Assembly (NCBI RefSeq): GCF_057098645.1
Contig: NZ_CM169472.1
Direction: 5' to 3' (one strand)
Length of the DNA: 64,000 nucleotides
Within the stretch, counting starts at the first letter, position 1. Every line of letters begins with the position of its first letter. This document shows, one piece after another, positions 33,125 through 42,554 of the stretch. The notes below the pieces were generated by a model, which ran no database searches, was not told where the DNA came from, and saw only the letters and a list, made by a program, of their open reading frames with translations. A program made the position numbers and the translations under genes.

Positions 33125-33301
33125 CAACGCCGGGAGCCGTGATTATGGCATTCAGGCTCTGCTAAAAATGCCAGATAACATTCCGGCTCCCCCCCCTGAT
33201 TCAGGTTATAAATGACACAATATCTTGACAACACCCATCACTGTCTGTCAGAAAATGTACTGCCAGATATAAGTATCATGTGAAACCCAACTATCCTTCT
33301 T

Positions 33302-33344
33302 AGCCAGTACTTCTCCGACGAAAGTCAGTACTGGCTGTTTTTTT
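33302..33344 (+). terminator. Plus-strand intrinsic terminator facing against the late operon
   Basis: agccagtac..gac-gaaa-gtc..gtactggct followed by T7. Confidence 0.5.
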
Positions 33345-33345
33345 A

Positions 33346-35196
33346 TTATGCTGCCGGTGCATTTATCTCCAGCATCAGACTTTCTATCTCAACGCCATAC
33401 GCTGCATTTTTTGTAACATCCGTCAGCGTCAGCGCATTCAGTCCCAGTGTCAGACTGTCTTTTATAACCTGGAATGCCGGGCCAGCCACTCCATTCAGTT
33501 TCGGAGTAACCGTGGCACTGCCGGCGGTGAACACCAGCTCCAGCGTCTGCCAGTCGTTACCGTAATCGCCGAACTCCCCCAGCTTCGTGTTTCCGGCTTT
33601 CCTGTGATGCATCAGATTCACTCTGCCGTCAGTGGTCTGAGTGAAGTACGACATCAGGAACGGATTACCGGTACCCGTCATCGCCACACCATCAGGAACG
33701 GGAGCATCCGTATACAGATAAATCCCCAGCCCGAACTGATTGTTGGTCAGTGCGCCTGACAGGCGGAACTTACAGGTCAGTCTGCCGCCCTGTGTCAGCA
33801 GGGTAATTGCGTCATCCACCGGATGCGTCAGGGACCAGGTTTTATTGCTCTGCTTGGTGATCTTAAATACACCATCTGACAACTGAATTCCGCCATCCTT
33901 AATGCTCCAGCCCTGCGCAGCAGCCTCTCCGGCTGCCGGCAGCAGGGAGATTGTGCGAACGGACGTATCTGCAGACGGACCCGATGGCGTGTTGCCGCCG
34001 GGCGAGGGTTTGATTTCCGGTGCCTTACCACTGATGAAGGCTGAGGTGCGCCCGGCTGCGTTCAGAATAGCGGTTGCCAGACGATCCGGAATAATGCTCC
34101 TGCGCGCCCATGAACTGAAATGTGTCGGGCGGTTTGATGATACCTGGTTTCCATTCGTTCTCGATGCCGCACCGTAATATCCTGATGCCGGAATATCCGG
34201 ATCTTCTGCCGGCGCGTTAGTGGCGGTATTGACGCCGTTACCGTCTGTCATGAAGGGCACAAAATAAACGCCCTCACTCTCCCTGTTTTTATACCCGCCG
34301 TACACGGTGTCGTACTGGGTAGCGTATGTATTTTTCCAGTAATACGTCGTGTCACCACAAATCCACGGCACATCTGCAGCACTGCCACCATGGCACTGCG
34401 CGTTAAACACGGAGAGGTCAGCACGAAACTGTGTCAGCATGGCTGTAAACAGCGCAGGTTGCTGTGCGTGGGTGGCGGCGCTCATGTCAAACTCACCCTG
34501 CATCCAGCAGACGGCCAGCAGAACGTTTTTGGGATTTTTCTGCAATGCCGCTTTTGTGCGGGAAATCAGATCCTGATATAACGGCTTGCCCACCCCCCAG
34601 CGCGCCGAATCCTGACTGGCCCCCGTGGACTCGCTGAATGTCCCCTCCGCGCCCTGGGTAAATGCCGAACCACCACGACAGCATGGTACCAGCAGGATCC
34701 CCGCGTTATTCGGGATATACGGGAGCAGTTTTTTGGCAATATGTAAACCCTGGCCGACACAGCCGTACTGCCCTTTGCTCAGGTCAGCCCTCGGATGATT
34801 CAGCGTACTCATATCCTGCACATCATGCAGACAGTGGTCAGCCGGAATAATATCGTTATATCTGCAGGCAGCCCCGCCCGGCGTCACTGTACTGCGGCGC
34901 GCCAGCTGTTTAATGCGCGGATCCGGAGCATCGTATGAATCCGGCAGCGGAAGCCCTTCACCGTAAGCCATGGCATTGGACTGCCCGGCCAGTACGATGA
35001 CGTAGTACCAATCCGGCTCAGATGAAGGGCCGACCTGTGGCTCTCCTTCAATAGCCACCGCCTGCATCAGTGTGTACGGCGTAATGGCAACCGGTCCGCC
35101 GTATGGCTGCCAGCCCTCTTTCAGTTTGTGTGTCAGCTTTTCCGCAAGGTCTGACGGCGACGCCGCCCTGACAACATCATAATGTTTAATCGACAT
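33346..35196 (-). CDS. Prophage sialate O-acetylesterase (NanS-p type)
   Basis: 616 aa. MSIKHYDVVRAASPSDLAEKLTHKLKEGWQPYG N domain, then an esterase region (LAGQSNAM). Typical Stx-phage late-region gene. Confidence 0.8.
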   Translation of the reverse strand: MSIKHYDVVRAASPSDLAEKLTHKLKEGWQPYGGPVAITPYTLMQAVAIEGEPQVGPSSEPDWYYVIVLAGQSNAMAYGEGLPLPDSYDAPDPRIKQLARRSTVTPGGAACRYNDIIPADHCLHDVQDMSTLNHPRADLSKGQYGCVGQGLHIAKKLLPYIPNNAGILLVPCCRGGSAFTQGAEGTFSESTGASQDSARWGVGKPLYQDLISRTKAALQKNPKNVLLAVCWMQGEFDMSAATHAQQPALFTAMLTQFRADLSVFNAQCHGGSAADVPWICGDTTYYWKNTYATQYDTVYGGYKNRESEGVYFVPFMTDGNGVNTATNAPAEDPDIPASGYYGAASRTNGNQVSSNRPTHFSSWARRSIIPDRLATAILNAAGRTSAFISGKAPEIKPSPGGNTPSGPSADTSVRTISLLPAAGEAAAQGWSIKDGGIQLSDGVFKITKQSNKTWSLTHPVDDAITLLTQGGRLTCKFRLSGALTNNQFGLGIYLYTDAPVPDGVAMTGTGNPFLMSYFTQTTDGRVNLMHHRKAGNTKLGEFGDYGNDWQTLELVFTAGSATVTPKLNGVAGPAFQVIKDSLTLGLNALTLTDVTKNAAYGVEIESLMLEINAPAA

Positions 35197-35510
35197 CGAA
35201 TTTCTCCCGTGTAGAGGAACAGAGTTAAAAAGCCGGAAGCGGAATCAAATCACAGGATGACCATCTGCCAGTGGCTGGTCGTAAAAAAAAGGCCGCGCCA
35301 TGCGCAGCCGAAAATAAAGGGATAACGATGATAGTTTGAGAAAAACAGAAATAACACTTTTGTGGCAAAGCATGGTGCCGGGTGCCTCCCGGTGAATTCA
35401 GTATCAGCACCTGAATCCGCGATTACCCCATATTCCTTCTTGCTGATTGCCCCACCGCACAGGGGGATTCACCATGCAGAAGTGTTTTTAATAAACAGCA
35501 AACAAAAAAA

Positions 35511-35678
35511 TCAAGCATTATGCAGGCTGTTTCTTTTTATCACCGGCCACAGCAATACCACAATGCCGCAGACCAGCACCCCATCCGCCAGCACCGACAT
35601 GATTCTGCTGGTGAAATCCACCATCACCACCAGAAACAGCAGGAGTGCAGCCACAGCCAGGCGCAGTTTTACCGTCAC
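35511..35678 (-). CDS. Unannotated 55-aa two-TM protein coupled to the TerB-like gene
   Basis: GTG overlaps the TerB-like stop (GTGA). VTVKLRLAVAALLLFLVVMVDF..VLVCGIVVLLWPVI. Below the 60-aa cut-off of the ORF track. Confidence 0.45.
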   Translation of the reverse strand: MTVKLRLAVAALLLFLVVMVDFTSRIMSVLADGVLVCGIVVLLWPVIKRNSLHNA

Positions 35679-36106
35679 TGGTGATTCTCCAGACGAAGAC
35701 CCAGAACACCGGCAATCTCTTCCAGCACCTTGCGCTCTTCCGGCTCAATTTCGCCGTCTGCCTCCGCAATGGCCACCGCCACATCCAGCACATCTTCCGC
35801 TTCACGCGTATCGTGTTTCACATCCTCGATCTCACGTAACGCCGCACGACGACCAATTTTAAAGTTCGTATCCAGCTGACCGATAATGGTTGCGCTCATC
35901 GCATTAATTTCTGACGTAAACGCGGACAGCGCTGGCTGATTACGCAGTACCTGTTCGATCTTCGCTTTCTCGGAAGCCTCACATTCACCATCTGCACAGG
36001 CCACCAGGTATGCAGCGTTAATCACCGCCTGTGCCAGATCGCGTTTCTCAAACTTTTTAATTTCCGCTGCCGCTCTGCGGGTTTTCTTTTTGAAGATTCC
36101 AAACAT
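35675..36106 (-). CDS. TerB-like (tellurite-resistance TerB fold) protein
   Basis: MFGIFKKKTRRAAAE.. 143 aa. Paired acidic helices ..VACADGECEASE.. and ..IAEADGEIEPEE.. typical of TerB. Confidence 0.65.
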   Translation of the reverse strand: MFGIFKKKTRRAAAEIKKFEKRDLAQAVINAAYLVACADGECEASEKAKIEQVLRNQPALSAFTSEINAMSATIIGQLDTNFKIGRRAALREIEDVKHDTREAEDVLDVAVAIAEADGEIEPEERKVLEEIAGVLGLRLENHQ

Positions 36107-36274
36107 CGTGACGTTCCTTTGGGTGGGTGAGCCAACGCCCGGGAGCGATCTGCCCACAGAGAAAGTCACACTGACCACTCCGTAAGCTCACCCCCGAAAG
36201 GCTCTGTGGTTGATATGCGCCGGGCGTGGCGCAGATACAAAAAAGGCCCGCCGAAGCGAGCCTGGAAAATAAGT

Positions 36275-36351
36275 GTGGCGCGTTGTAGTGGAGTCGAACC
36301 ACTGACCGATTGCTTAGAAGGCAATTGCTCTGTCCGGCTGAGCTAACAACG
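36275..36351 (-). tRNA. tRNA-Arg (anticodon UCU)
   Basis: Cloverleaf read by eye: acceptor gcgttgt/acaacgc, anticodon loop ctTCTaa, T-loop ttcgact, CCA end. Confidence 0.9.
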
Positions 36352-36452
36352 CAGAATACCGATAATGGACCGCCATCGGGGACCCGGCCCCGCACCAACA
36401 ACCCTGTTATGGTGTCGTCTGCTCTTCCTGATAAGCTAATGGCGGTTTGTGA

Positions 36453-36528
36453 TGGTGGCCCTTGCTGGATTTGAACCAGCGACCTGGCGATTATGAGTCG
36501 CTCGCTCTCACCACTGAGCTAAAGGGCC
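36453..36528 (-). tRNA. tRNA with CAU anticodon (ileX/ileZ-like tRNA-Ile2, or Met)
   Basis: ggccctttagctcagtgg...ctCATaa...ggttcaaatcc..CCA, close to E. coli ileX. Confidence 0.8.
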
Positions 36529-36556
36529 GAGCCAAAAAATAATAATCAGATGAAAA

Positions 36557-37270
36557 TCAATAATCAAGCCCTTGCCTGGATACATATCTGTCTGGCGGGA
36601 AGCCATAATAGCGGTGAAATACAGAAATAAAGTAGGACCGGCTTGAATAACCACATTTTTCTGCTACAGCCTGTCCATATCCATACCGGGAACATAACAT
36701 ATTTACAGCAACACGCATCCGCTCTTCCAGCAACAAGCGACTGAACATGCCCCCTTCATTTTTCAGTTTTGTCTTTAACAAACTCTCACTCATATGCAAC
36801 TGTAGAGCAATCGCACCAAGCGTCCAGCTTGCTGATATATCTGTCTGAATTATCGCCCTGACTTTGGCACTTATGCTGGATAAACATCCACTTAAAAACA
36901 ATGACATCCGTTCATCTGTTTCAAACAGAGACAGGCAGGCCATCATAAGAAACATATCCGTGACCTCTCCGGAAAATCCCTGGCTGGTAATTAAAGCCGC
37001 AGCCAACGCAGGATTGTTGGGTTCCAGCAACAGGTAAAGCGGAATGTCAGTCAGACGAGTCCTCGTCAGCTTATGCTGACTTTCCAGATATTGACTTACG
37101 ACGGATTCGCTTATATCGACAATTTTAACTTTGCCATAATGCATAAGGAAAAGCTCCCTGATGCATTTGGTGGCCAGAACGACTGAGCCTGGCTTAAGTG
37201 ACAACGTATCCTTTTCAAGAAAAATATTAATTGGGGAGCAAACCATGATAACTGAACAGACAACAGCCAT
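36557..37270 (-). CDS. AraC-family regulator (prophage PatE/Psr-like)
   Basis: C-terminal double HTH (..SWTLGAIALQLHMSESLLKTKL.. and ..VAEKCGYSSRSYFISVFHRYYG..). Confidence 0.7.
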   Translation of the reverse strand: MAVVCSVIMVCSPINIFLEKDTLSLKPGSVVLATKCIRELFLMHYGKVKIVDISESVVSQYLESQHKLTRTRLTDIPLYLLLEPNNPALAAALITSQGFSGEVTDMFLMMACLSLFETDERMSLFLSGCLSSISAKVRAIIQTDISASWTLGAIALQLHMSESLLKTKLKNEGGMFSRLLLEERMRVAVNMLCSRYGYGQAVAEKCGYSSRSYFISVFHRYYGFPPDRYVSRQGLDY

Positions 37271-37405
37271 TATAATTTTACTTTCATTAGCAATTGGTTA
37301 GCTCAATTATAGCCCCAAAAGGTAAATTATCATCAACACATAAGCAAAGGACTGACAGGTGCCGCCCCCCCCACCAGCCGCCCATTTACCACAAATAAAA
37401 AGCCT

Positions 37406-37603
37406 TCAGGACTGAATGCGTCTGTAACAACCGCACTGATAGTCTGCCAGACCCGCCATAACCAGCTGGGTCAGTATTAACTGGCAGCGTTCGCGTGAAA
37501 GGTAAGTATTCTGCGCAATCTCCCCGACTGTCGCCGGTTCGGTAACGCTTAATTCATTAAACACCACTCTGGCGGTTTCTGTCATATCCTGCTGTTTTAG
37601 CAT
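37406..37603 (-). CDS. Small hypothetical protein (winged-helix-like)
   Basis: MLKQQDMTETARVVFNELSVTEPATVGEIAQ.. Start codon uncertain. Confidence 0.35.
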   Translation of the reverse strand: MLKQQDMTETARVVFNELSVTEPATVGEIAQNTYLSRERCQLILTQLVMAGLADYQCGCYRRIQS

Positions 37604-37726
37604 GTCTTTTTCCCTTTTCCGGTTAACGTGACATACCAATAACTCTTGTCGAAAAAGCCAGCAAGTTGAAAGACCGGTATTAGCAACCACCAGCGCGTTT
37701 AACGCCCCGTGCCGTTTTTCAGTCAT

Positions 37727-37748
37727 AAAAAAACCCGCAAAAAGCGGG
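37727..37748 (-). terminator. Intrinsic terminator just downstream of Q (tR'-like position)
   Basis: cccgc-ttttt-gcggg followed by T7 on the minus strand. Confidence 0.5.
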
Positions 37749-37827
37749 CTCTTTCAAATGTCCATGTCTGCTATTCGCCTCGCGGTACAGCTTTGCGAAG
37801 CTTACCGGAATTGAAGCAGTTTTTACG

Positions 37828-38394
37828 TCAAAAAGCAATAACTTTTTTCTCTATACCAAAAGCCATAACCATTGGTTTGTACAAAATAAATTCTGCCACC
37901 TTTAGCCAATGCTCAATGCGTCTTTCACAGGTTCTTAAACTCCATTCCGGATGTGCATCATTCAGCAATTCAGCCATTTTGCGCTTAGTCATCCCCCGCC
38001 CCACATAACGCTGACTCAGAACATTGAGCAGCCCGGGATAACCTGCCAGTACTTCACCAATAACCCTGTCGATTATTAACGCCTCTGAATCGGTACAATG
38101 TGCCAGCCAGCTTTTTTGATTGCCGTTGATCATATCCCGCAAAAAAGCCTCAAGTTCAGGTTTGTCCAGACCCGCTTTTTTCATCCTCCGGAGCGCCTCG
38201 TTAATTGCCGTTTTTGTCAGCTTTTTAGAGGTCAGTAATTGGTTGAACATATTTCCCGTCTTACCGTCGCCAATATACGACCAACGCCCCCACATACGCA
38301 GTTTCCCCTGGATCCAGACACTTTCCAGCGTTTTCAGGCGTAAATGCTCACCGCTTTTGCCTGTAATTTCCGGGTATATCATATTTATGCTCAC
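37828..38394 (-). CDS. Late-gene antiterminator Q-like protein
   Basis: 188 aa after rusA (ATGA overlap), at the lambdoid Q position. Family assignment recalled. Confidence 0.65.
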   Translation of the reverse strand: MSINMIYPEITGKSGEHLRLKTLESVWIQGKLRMWGRWSYIGDGKTGNMFNQLLTSKKLTKTAINEALRRMKKAGLDKPELEAFLRDMINGNQKSWLAHCTDSEALIIDRVIGEVLAGYPGLLNVLSQRYVGRGMTKRKMAELLNDAHPEWSLRTCERRIEHWLKVAEFILYKPMVMAFGIEKKVIAF

Positions 38395-38750
38395 TCACTT
38401 TCAATTTTGTAAATCTTCACGCCCAGCCGCCCACCAGAAACGAGCTGGCCGCGCACAATATTGATTTCATCAAACTGCTCGTCGTCTATGAGAAGTCCGG
38501 CATGCGTCAGCGCATCCAGTGGTGCTTTCAGGATATTGTCCAGGTCACGACGGCGCTTATCCGGTGGCTCTGCAATAATCTTTATCGCCAGCCTTCCGGA
38601 CAGGTTTAATTTCAGCCGCTGCTGGCGAACAATAAGTGCCACATCCCGGCGATAACGCTCACCGGCTTTTGATACAAAATATGTGCTGCCACGACGTCGC
38701 CAGTAGGTGTTCACCGTCGGCGGGTAAGGCAAAACAAACTCTCTACGCAT
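38391..38750 (-). CDS. rusA: Holliday-junction resolvase RusA
   Basis: 119 aa, ..LPYPPTVNTYWR..RRRDLDNILKAPLDAL.. RusA signature. Confidence 0.9.
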   Translation of the reverse strand: MRREFVLPYPPTVNTYWRRRGSTYFVSKAGERYRRDVALIVRQQRLKLNLSGRLAIKIIAEPPDKRRRDLDNILKAPLDALTHAGLLIDDEQFDEINIVRGQLVSGGRLGVKIYKIESE

Positions 38751-38762
38751 CAGTAACCTCTT

Positions 38763-39812
38763 TTACCCGAGCACGCCGGTTGCAAAGGCGTGATCAAGAA
38801 AACGAAAAATTAAATCAACCTGGGAACCATGCTTTTCTTCGAACGCCAGCGGATCCGCATGAAGCTCGTTGTGATGCTCCCGACACAGCGGTAGCGTGAA
38901 AATATCGTGGGATTTTGTTCCCATTCCGCCCTGACCATGACCAATCAGATGATGAGGATCGTCCGCTGGCTTACCACAACACGCACACGGCTGTGTCTTT
39001 ACCCAGCGTGTGTATTTCTCATTTACCCAGCGGCGACGTTTAGGTCGTTTCATGAAGGATTCCGGAGACTCCGGATCAACGGCAATGCTGACCACCGTCT
39101 TTTCCTGTGGTGGGTTCTGTTGCTGGTGGGTGTGAGGCGGTAGCGCAATATTTTTTGTGCGCTGCTTCAGTATGCTGGTGGCGGTCTGTTCTCCCGGTAT
39201 GATGTCGCTTTCACGGTATACGGAGCGGATTTTTTCCGCCGGTAATCCCAGAGAGCGACGCGATACTGCCTCAGGTAATGCGTCCACCACCTGATTGCAG
39301 ACTGCCCACCAGGATAATTCAGCCAGCGATAATTCCCGCTCCTGCGTGCCATTCATTACATGGCGTATGACGTCAATCATCCAGGCTGTCAGATTTTGTT
39401 GAGTAAGTTGCTCAAGTGATTCGGAGGTCTGGTCGCGCAGCTGGTTGTCGCAGTGCCAGCACAACACCATTGCGCCAGCACCGTAACTGTGAATAACGGT
39501 TTCGCTGTGATGATAATCGCCGTGTGGCCACTGGCAGGATTTCACGTGACGTAATAACCAGTCAGACAGTGCACCAGCGCCGCCAGCTGCACGAATCACC
39601 CGCTCATCGCTGAAAAATGGCAGCAGTGATTTATCTTCCGCCAGCGGCTGGCGAACAGCAGGAACCGCTCCAGATGGCAGCGCCCGCATGTTTTTCGGTT
39701 CCGGCTCCACCAGCACCCTGCCGCGATGAAAAACTGGCAATGATTCACGACCGGGCTTAAGGACCACCAGCCCGAGTTCCGGAACCAGAACAGGTCGAAG
39801 TAATACCCGCAC
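38763..39812 (-). CDS. YdfU-like (DUF968) protein with C-terminal HNH-like Cys/His motif
   Basis: GTG start after RBS ggagg. The C terminus CACCGKPADDPHHL..LPLCREHHNELH matches the Qin YdfU family. Confidence 0.7.
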   Translation of the reverse strand: MRVLLRPVLVPELGLVVLKPGRESLPVFHRGRVLVEPEPKNMRALPSGAVPAVRQPLAEDKSLLPFFSDERVIRAAGGAGALSDWLLRHVKSCQWPHGDYHHSETVIHSYGAGAMVLCWHCDNQLRDQTSESLEQLTQQNLTAWMIDVIRHVMNGTQERELSLAELSWWAVCNQVVDALPEAVSRRSLGLPAEKIRSVYRESDIIPGEQTATSILKQRTKNIALPPHTHQQQNPPQEKTVVSIAVDPESPESFMKRPKRRRWVNEKYTRWVKTQPCACCGKPADDPHHLIGHGQGGMGTKSHDIFTLPLCREHHNELHADPLAFEEKHGSQVDLIFRFLDHAFATGVLG

Positions 39813-39813
39813 A

Positions 39814-40086
39814 TTACCTCCAGACGCGCTGACGGTAGCAGGCATGTGTCCGTGGCAGATGTGCACGAACAGGAAGATATACAGAAACGGTCCAGGTCAG
39901 ACGATCAGAGTTCAGACTCCGCTCCACACGGACACCGCGACGCAGATACGCCTCTTGAAGCATATCTGCCTCATCGATCGTACAGAACAGATAGTGAAAC
40001 CAGCCATACTGAGGCGCACGAAAACGCCTCCCCTGCTTAATTTCCGGGTCGGCTTCAGAATTGTGGGATTTTATGTGTTGTGTCAT
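39814..40086 (-). CDS. Hypothetical nin-region protein
   Basis: 90-aa ORF ending 1 nt before the next gene's start. Confidence 0.35.
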   Translation of the reverse strand: MTQHIKSHNSEADPEIKQGRRFRAPQYGWFHYLFCTIDEADMLQEAYLRRGVRVERSLNSDRLTWTVSVYLPVRAHLPRTHACYRQRVWR

Positions 40087-40207
40087 CGGATTCTCCGGTG
40101 ACAGCAGGTGTCAGTTGTTCAGGCTGACTGCGCGAATTGTAAGGCAATACGCCGGAATGTACAAACAGAAAACCCGTCAGTAAGACGGGCTTAACAAGCA
40201 GGGGCGG

Positions 40208-40552
40208 TTACTTTAATAATTTCAGTGCCTTTACATCAACTTCAACACTGCTCAGGTCTTTATCAATTTCACCCTCAATTCTTACTTTGTCTTTCGGAGA
40301 AACATTCTGCCCGGCCCATACGCTGTCATCAATATCCGTGACAATTGTCCCGCTATTGTCACGAAACTCATAACGTTCATCACCCACTTTTTTAACGATG
40401 CTCCCTTCAAGGATAACCCATGCATCATCCTTCAGTTCTTTTGCCTGCGCTACTGTTGAACGCTCTGCTTCTGGCCCCTGGAAACCACCCTGCTGTGCAA
40501 AAGCGCCAAAAGACACACCGGAAATAAGTGCTGCAATCAATACCTTTTTCAT
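40208..40552 (-). CDS. Periplasmic OB-fold protein (YgiW/YdeI family)
   Basis: Signal peptide MKKVLIAALISGVSFGAFA, then ..VILEGSIVKKVGDERYEFRDNSG.. Confidence 0.8.
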   Translation of the reverse strand: MKKVLIAALISGVSFGAFAQQGGFQGPEAERSTVAQAKELKDDAWVILEGSIVKKVGDERYEFRDNSGTIVTDIDDSVWAGQNVSPKDKVRIEGEIDKDLSSVEVDVKALKLLK

Positions 40553-40671
40553 TCATAGTCCTCTTTCAGAGATGAACATTCAAACAGCATTTTCAGTATG
40601 GTAAAGCGCGGGTGCGTTGAGGATGCCTGACACATCAGAGGTGGCGGGAGATTACTCCCCCGCCTGGTCTC

Positions 40672-40827
40672 TTACTTCTCAGATTCGTAGTCTACGAAGA
40701 CAGCGACCTCCGTCTGACCGGTTCGGATTCGCACCTCGCAGAGGTCTTTCCTCGTTACCAGTGCCGTCACTATGACGGTTAAACAGATGACGATCAGGGC
40801 GATTAACATCGCCTTTTGCTGCTTCAT
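40672..40827 (-). CDS. hok: Hok-family membrane toxin (type I TA)
   Basis: MKQQKAMLIALIVICLTVIVTALVTRKDLCEVRIRTGQTEVAVF.., near-identical to HokD/RelF. The sok antisense is expected at about 40830-40900 on the plus strand. Confidence 0.85.
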   Translation of the reverse strand: MKQQKAMLIALIVICLTVIVTALVTRKDLCEVRIRTGQTEVAVFVDYESEK

Positions 40828-41117
40828 AGCCTGCTTCTCCTTGCCTTTCGGCACGTAAGAGGCTAACCTACATGTGTTCAGCATGGATTGAGCCTCAGAT
40901 TAATGTTAAGCGTCTTGCAGGACGCGTAATGTTAACTGGGGCTTTTCTCTATCTGCCGTTGGTGTTCATGCCCGAGGCAGATAGCCTCAAGCACCCGCTG
41001 CAATTCTACTTAACTATCCTTTTCCCGCAAACCGTTTTTATCCCCAGCGGCAAATCGAATACACCACCAGCGCCACCGCCATCGCAATTCCTACCGTTGT
41101 GAATGCTTCAGGCCAGG

Positions 41118-41675
41118 TCATTGATTCACCTCCTGCGGCGGTTCTGGTAGCGACATCCAGTGGGTTGCTTGCCTAAGATCATTACCCGGACTAACTGCTA
41201 TACCTCCGCGCCGGAACGTGCCTCCGAGATAGCGTGCGGAATATATTAATGGCCCAGCCTCGCTATCGATATTCATCGAAATAAGCACGTTCTGGCTCTT
41301 TTCAGGCATTCGCTCAGTACAGCTTATCCAGCCATCCAGAGTTATCGGAGATCTGGTTGACGTTTCCGAGATTTCCCGAAAATTGTTGGTTGACGAATTC
41401 TTATTTTCCCGAAAGTTTCCGGCCTGAAGCATGGCGACGCGGCAGGCGTTCCAGCCATCAGCATATGTTTTAGTTACACCGTCGAGATGGCAGGTAAGCA
41501 AATCCATTTCATCAGGCACTACCATTGCTATCGGCTCTGCTTCCAGTGATGCCAGCGCGATACGAAACACATTAGCCAGCAGGCTGTCTGAAGACTTGTT
41601 ATCGTGCGCCGAGTCGCTCAGGAAGCCTGTGATGTATGATTTAATCTCCGCGCGTTCTCTGGTAATAGTGCTCAT
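41118..41675 (-). CDS. DUF551-type phage protein
   Basis: C terminus ..WISCTERMPEK..THWMSLPEPP is typical of DUF551. Confidence 0.6.
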   Translation of the reverse strand: MSTITRERAEIKSYITGFLSDSAHDNKSSDSLLANVFRIALASLEAEPIAMVVPDEMDLLTCHLDGVTKTYADGWNACRVAMLQAGNFRENKNSSTNNFREISETSTRSPITLDGWISCTERMPEKSQNVLISMNIDSEAGPLIYSARYLGGTFRRGGIAVSPGNDLRQATHWMSLPEPPQEVNQ

Positions 41676-41676
41676 A

Positions 41677-41895
41677 TCAGTTTTCCTTATACGGATTAAT
41701 TTTATTGTGCAGTGCGCTGAATGATTCCCATGTCACATCGGTATATAGCTCAATAACTGGTTCAAATGTCCTTCCAATTATCCAGACCAGTAATAGCGGG
41801 GATATCGGTATCATCAACACTATAAACAGAATGAAAAACAGAAACTCTGTTGTTCTGCTCTTTCGTGGGTAATTTTTTTCTAAATAATGTTTCAT
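41677..41895 (-). CDS. Small membrane protein
   Basis: 72 aa with a long hydrophobic segment FLFFILFIVLMIPISPLLLVWIIG. Confidence 0.4.
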   Translation of the reverse strand: MKHYLEKNYPRKSRTTEFLFFILFIVLMIPISPLLLVWIIGRTFEPVIELYTDVTWESFSALHNKINPYKEN

Positions 41896-42022
41896 TTCTT
41901 ACCGCCCTTTCGGGCGGCCTCCTGATGTTCTGAGGGTGCAGGAATCCCTCCGGTTAAGGATTTAATAAAAATCGTTTCTGATTTAAATCTTCAGTATTTA
42001 GTTGTTAGTTGGTTTATCGCCT

Positions 42023-42334
42023 TTATGCTTCAGCCTTATTTCGCAACCAGACACAAACCGGGCCATCTTCCGTATCATGAATGGAACCAATAAACCAGCC
42101 ATCGCCCTCTGGTCGTTCCGGTTCCCATGCAGAAATATCAGCATCACACGCATCAAGGTCAGCACATCCTTCATCTCTGAAGCAGAGGACGTATTGAAGA
42201 TTATTTTCCTCCATCCAGGCGTTAAACTCTTCCGTTGAAATATATTCCCGACCATCACAGAATTTTTCATATTCAGGATGTGTCCAGTAGCCATATCCGT
42301 CACGAACTACCGGCATTTCTTTAATTTTACTCAC
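42023..42334 (-). CDS. Hypothetical acidic phage protein
   Basis: 103-aa ORF in the packed early-right operon. Confidence 0.45.
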   Translation of the reverse strand: MSKIKEMPVVRDGYGYWTHPEYEKFCDGREYISTEEFNAWMEENNLQYVLCFRDEGCADLDACDADISAWEPERPEGDGWFIGSIHDTEDGPVCVWLRNKAEA

Positions 42335-42554
42335 TGTTAACCTCCTGCAACGCTACACGATACGCCTTCTTTATCCACGCCTTACTGCCATATAATTTCG
42401 TCTTCATAATAAACACACCTGCACGACTCGCCGATATCCCCGGACAGGTTAACAGCACAGCATCCACCACACGGTTATGCTTCCGAAACTCCATTACAGT
42501 ACTGCTGATAACCACCTGCCCCACCGGGCCGTAATCCTGATACAGGATTTTCAC
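42327..42554 (-). CDS. Hypothetical phage protein
   Basis: 75-aa ORF overlapping both neighbours by a few nt. Confidence 0.45.
   Translation of the reverse strand: MKILYQDYGPVGQVVISSTVMEFRKHNRVVDAVLLTCPGISASRAGVFIMKTKLYGSKAWIKKAYRVALQEVNSE

Noticed and set aside
35225-35862. Several ORFs (61-166 aa) between nanS-p and the TerB-like gene
   Set aside because: They overlap each other and the better-supported 55-aa coupled ORF, are Pro/Arg/His-rich, and have no RBS.
36057-36401. 114-aa ORF overlapping the tRNA-Arg gene, and the upstream extension of the TerB-like ORF
   Set aside because: It overlaps a clear tRNA cloverleaf and has improbable composition. The TerB-like gene has a good RBS at the internal ATG 36106.
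35511-36528. Possible stx genes in the Stx-phage-like late region
   Set aside because: No ORF resembling StxA or StxB lies between the tRNA genes and nanS-p. The slot holds the TerB-like pair instead.
39596-39814. 72-aa Trp/Cys-rich ORF starting at the ATG inside ggaggtaatgtg
   Set aside because: It is an alternative frame of the YdfU-like gene. The GTG two nt downstream gives the conserved MRVLLRP.. product.
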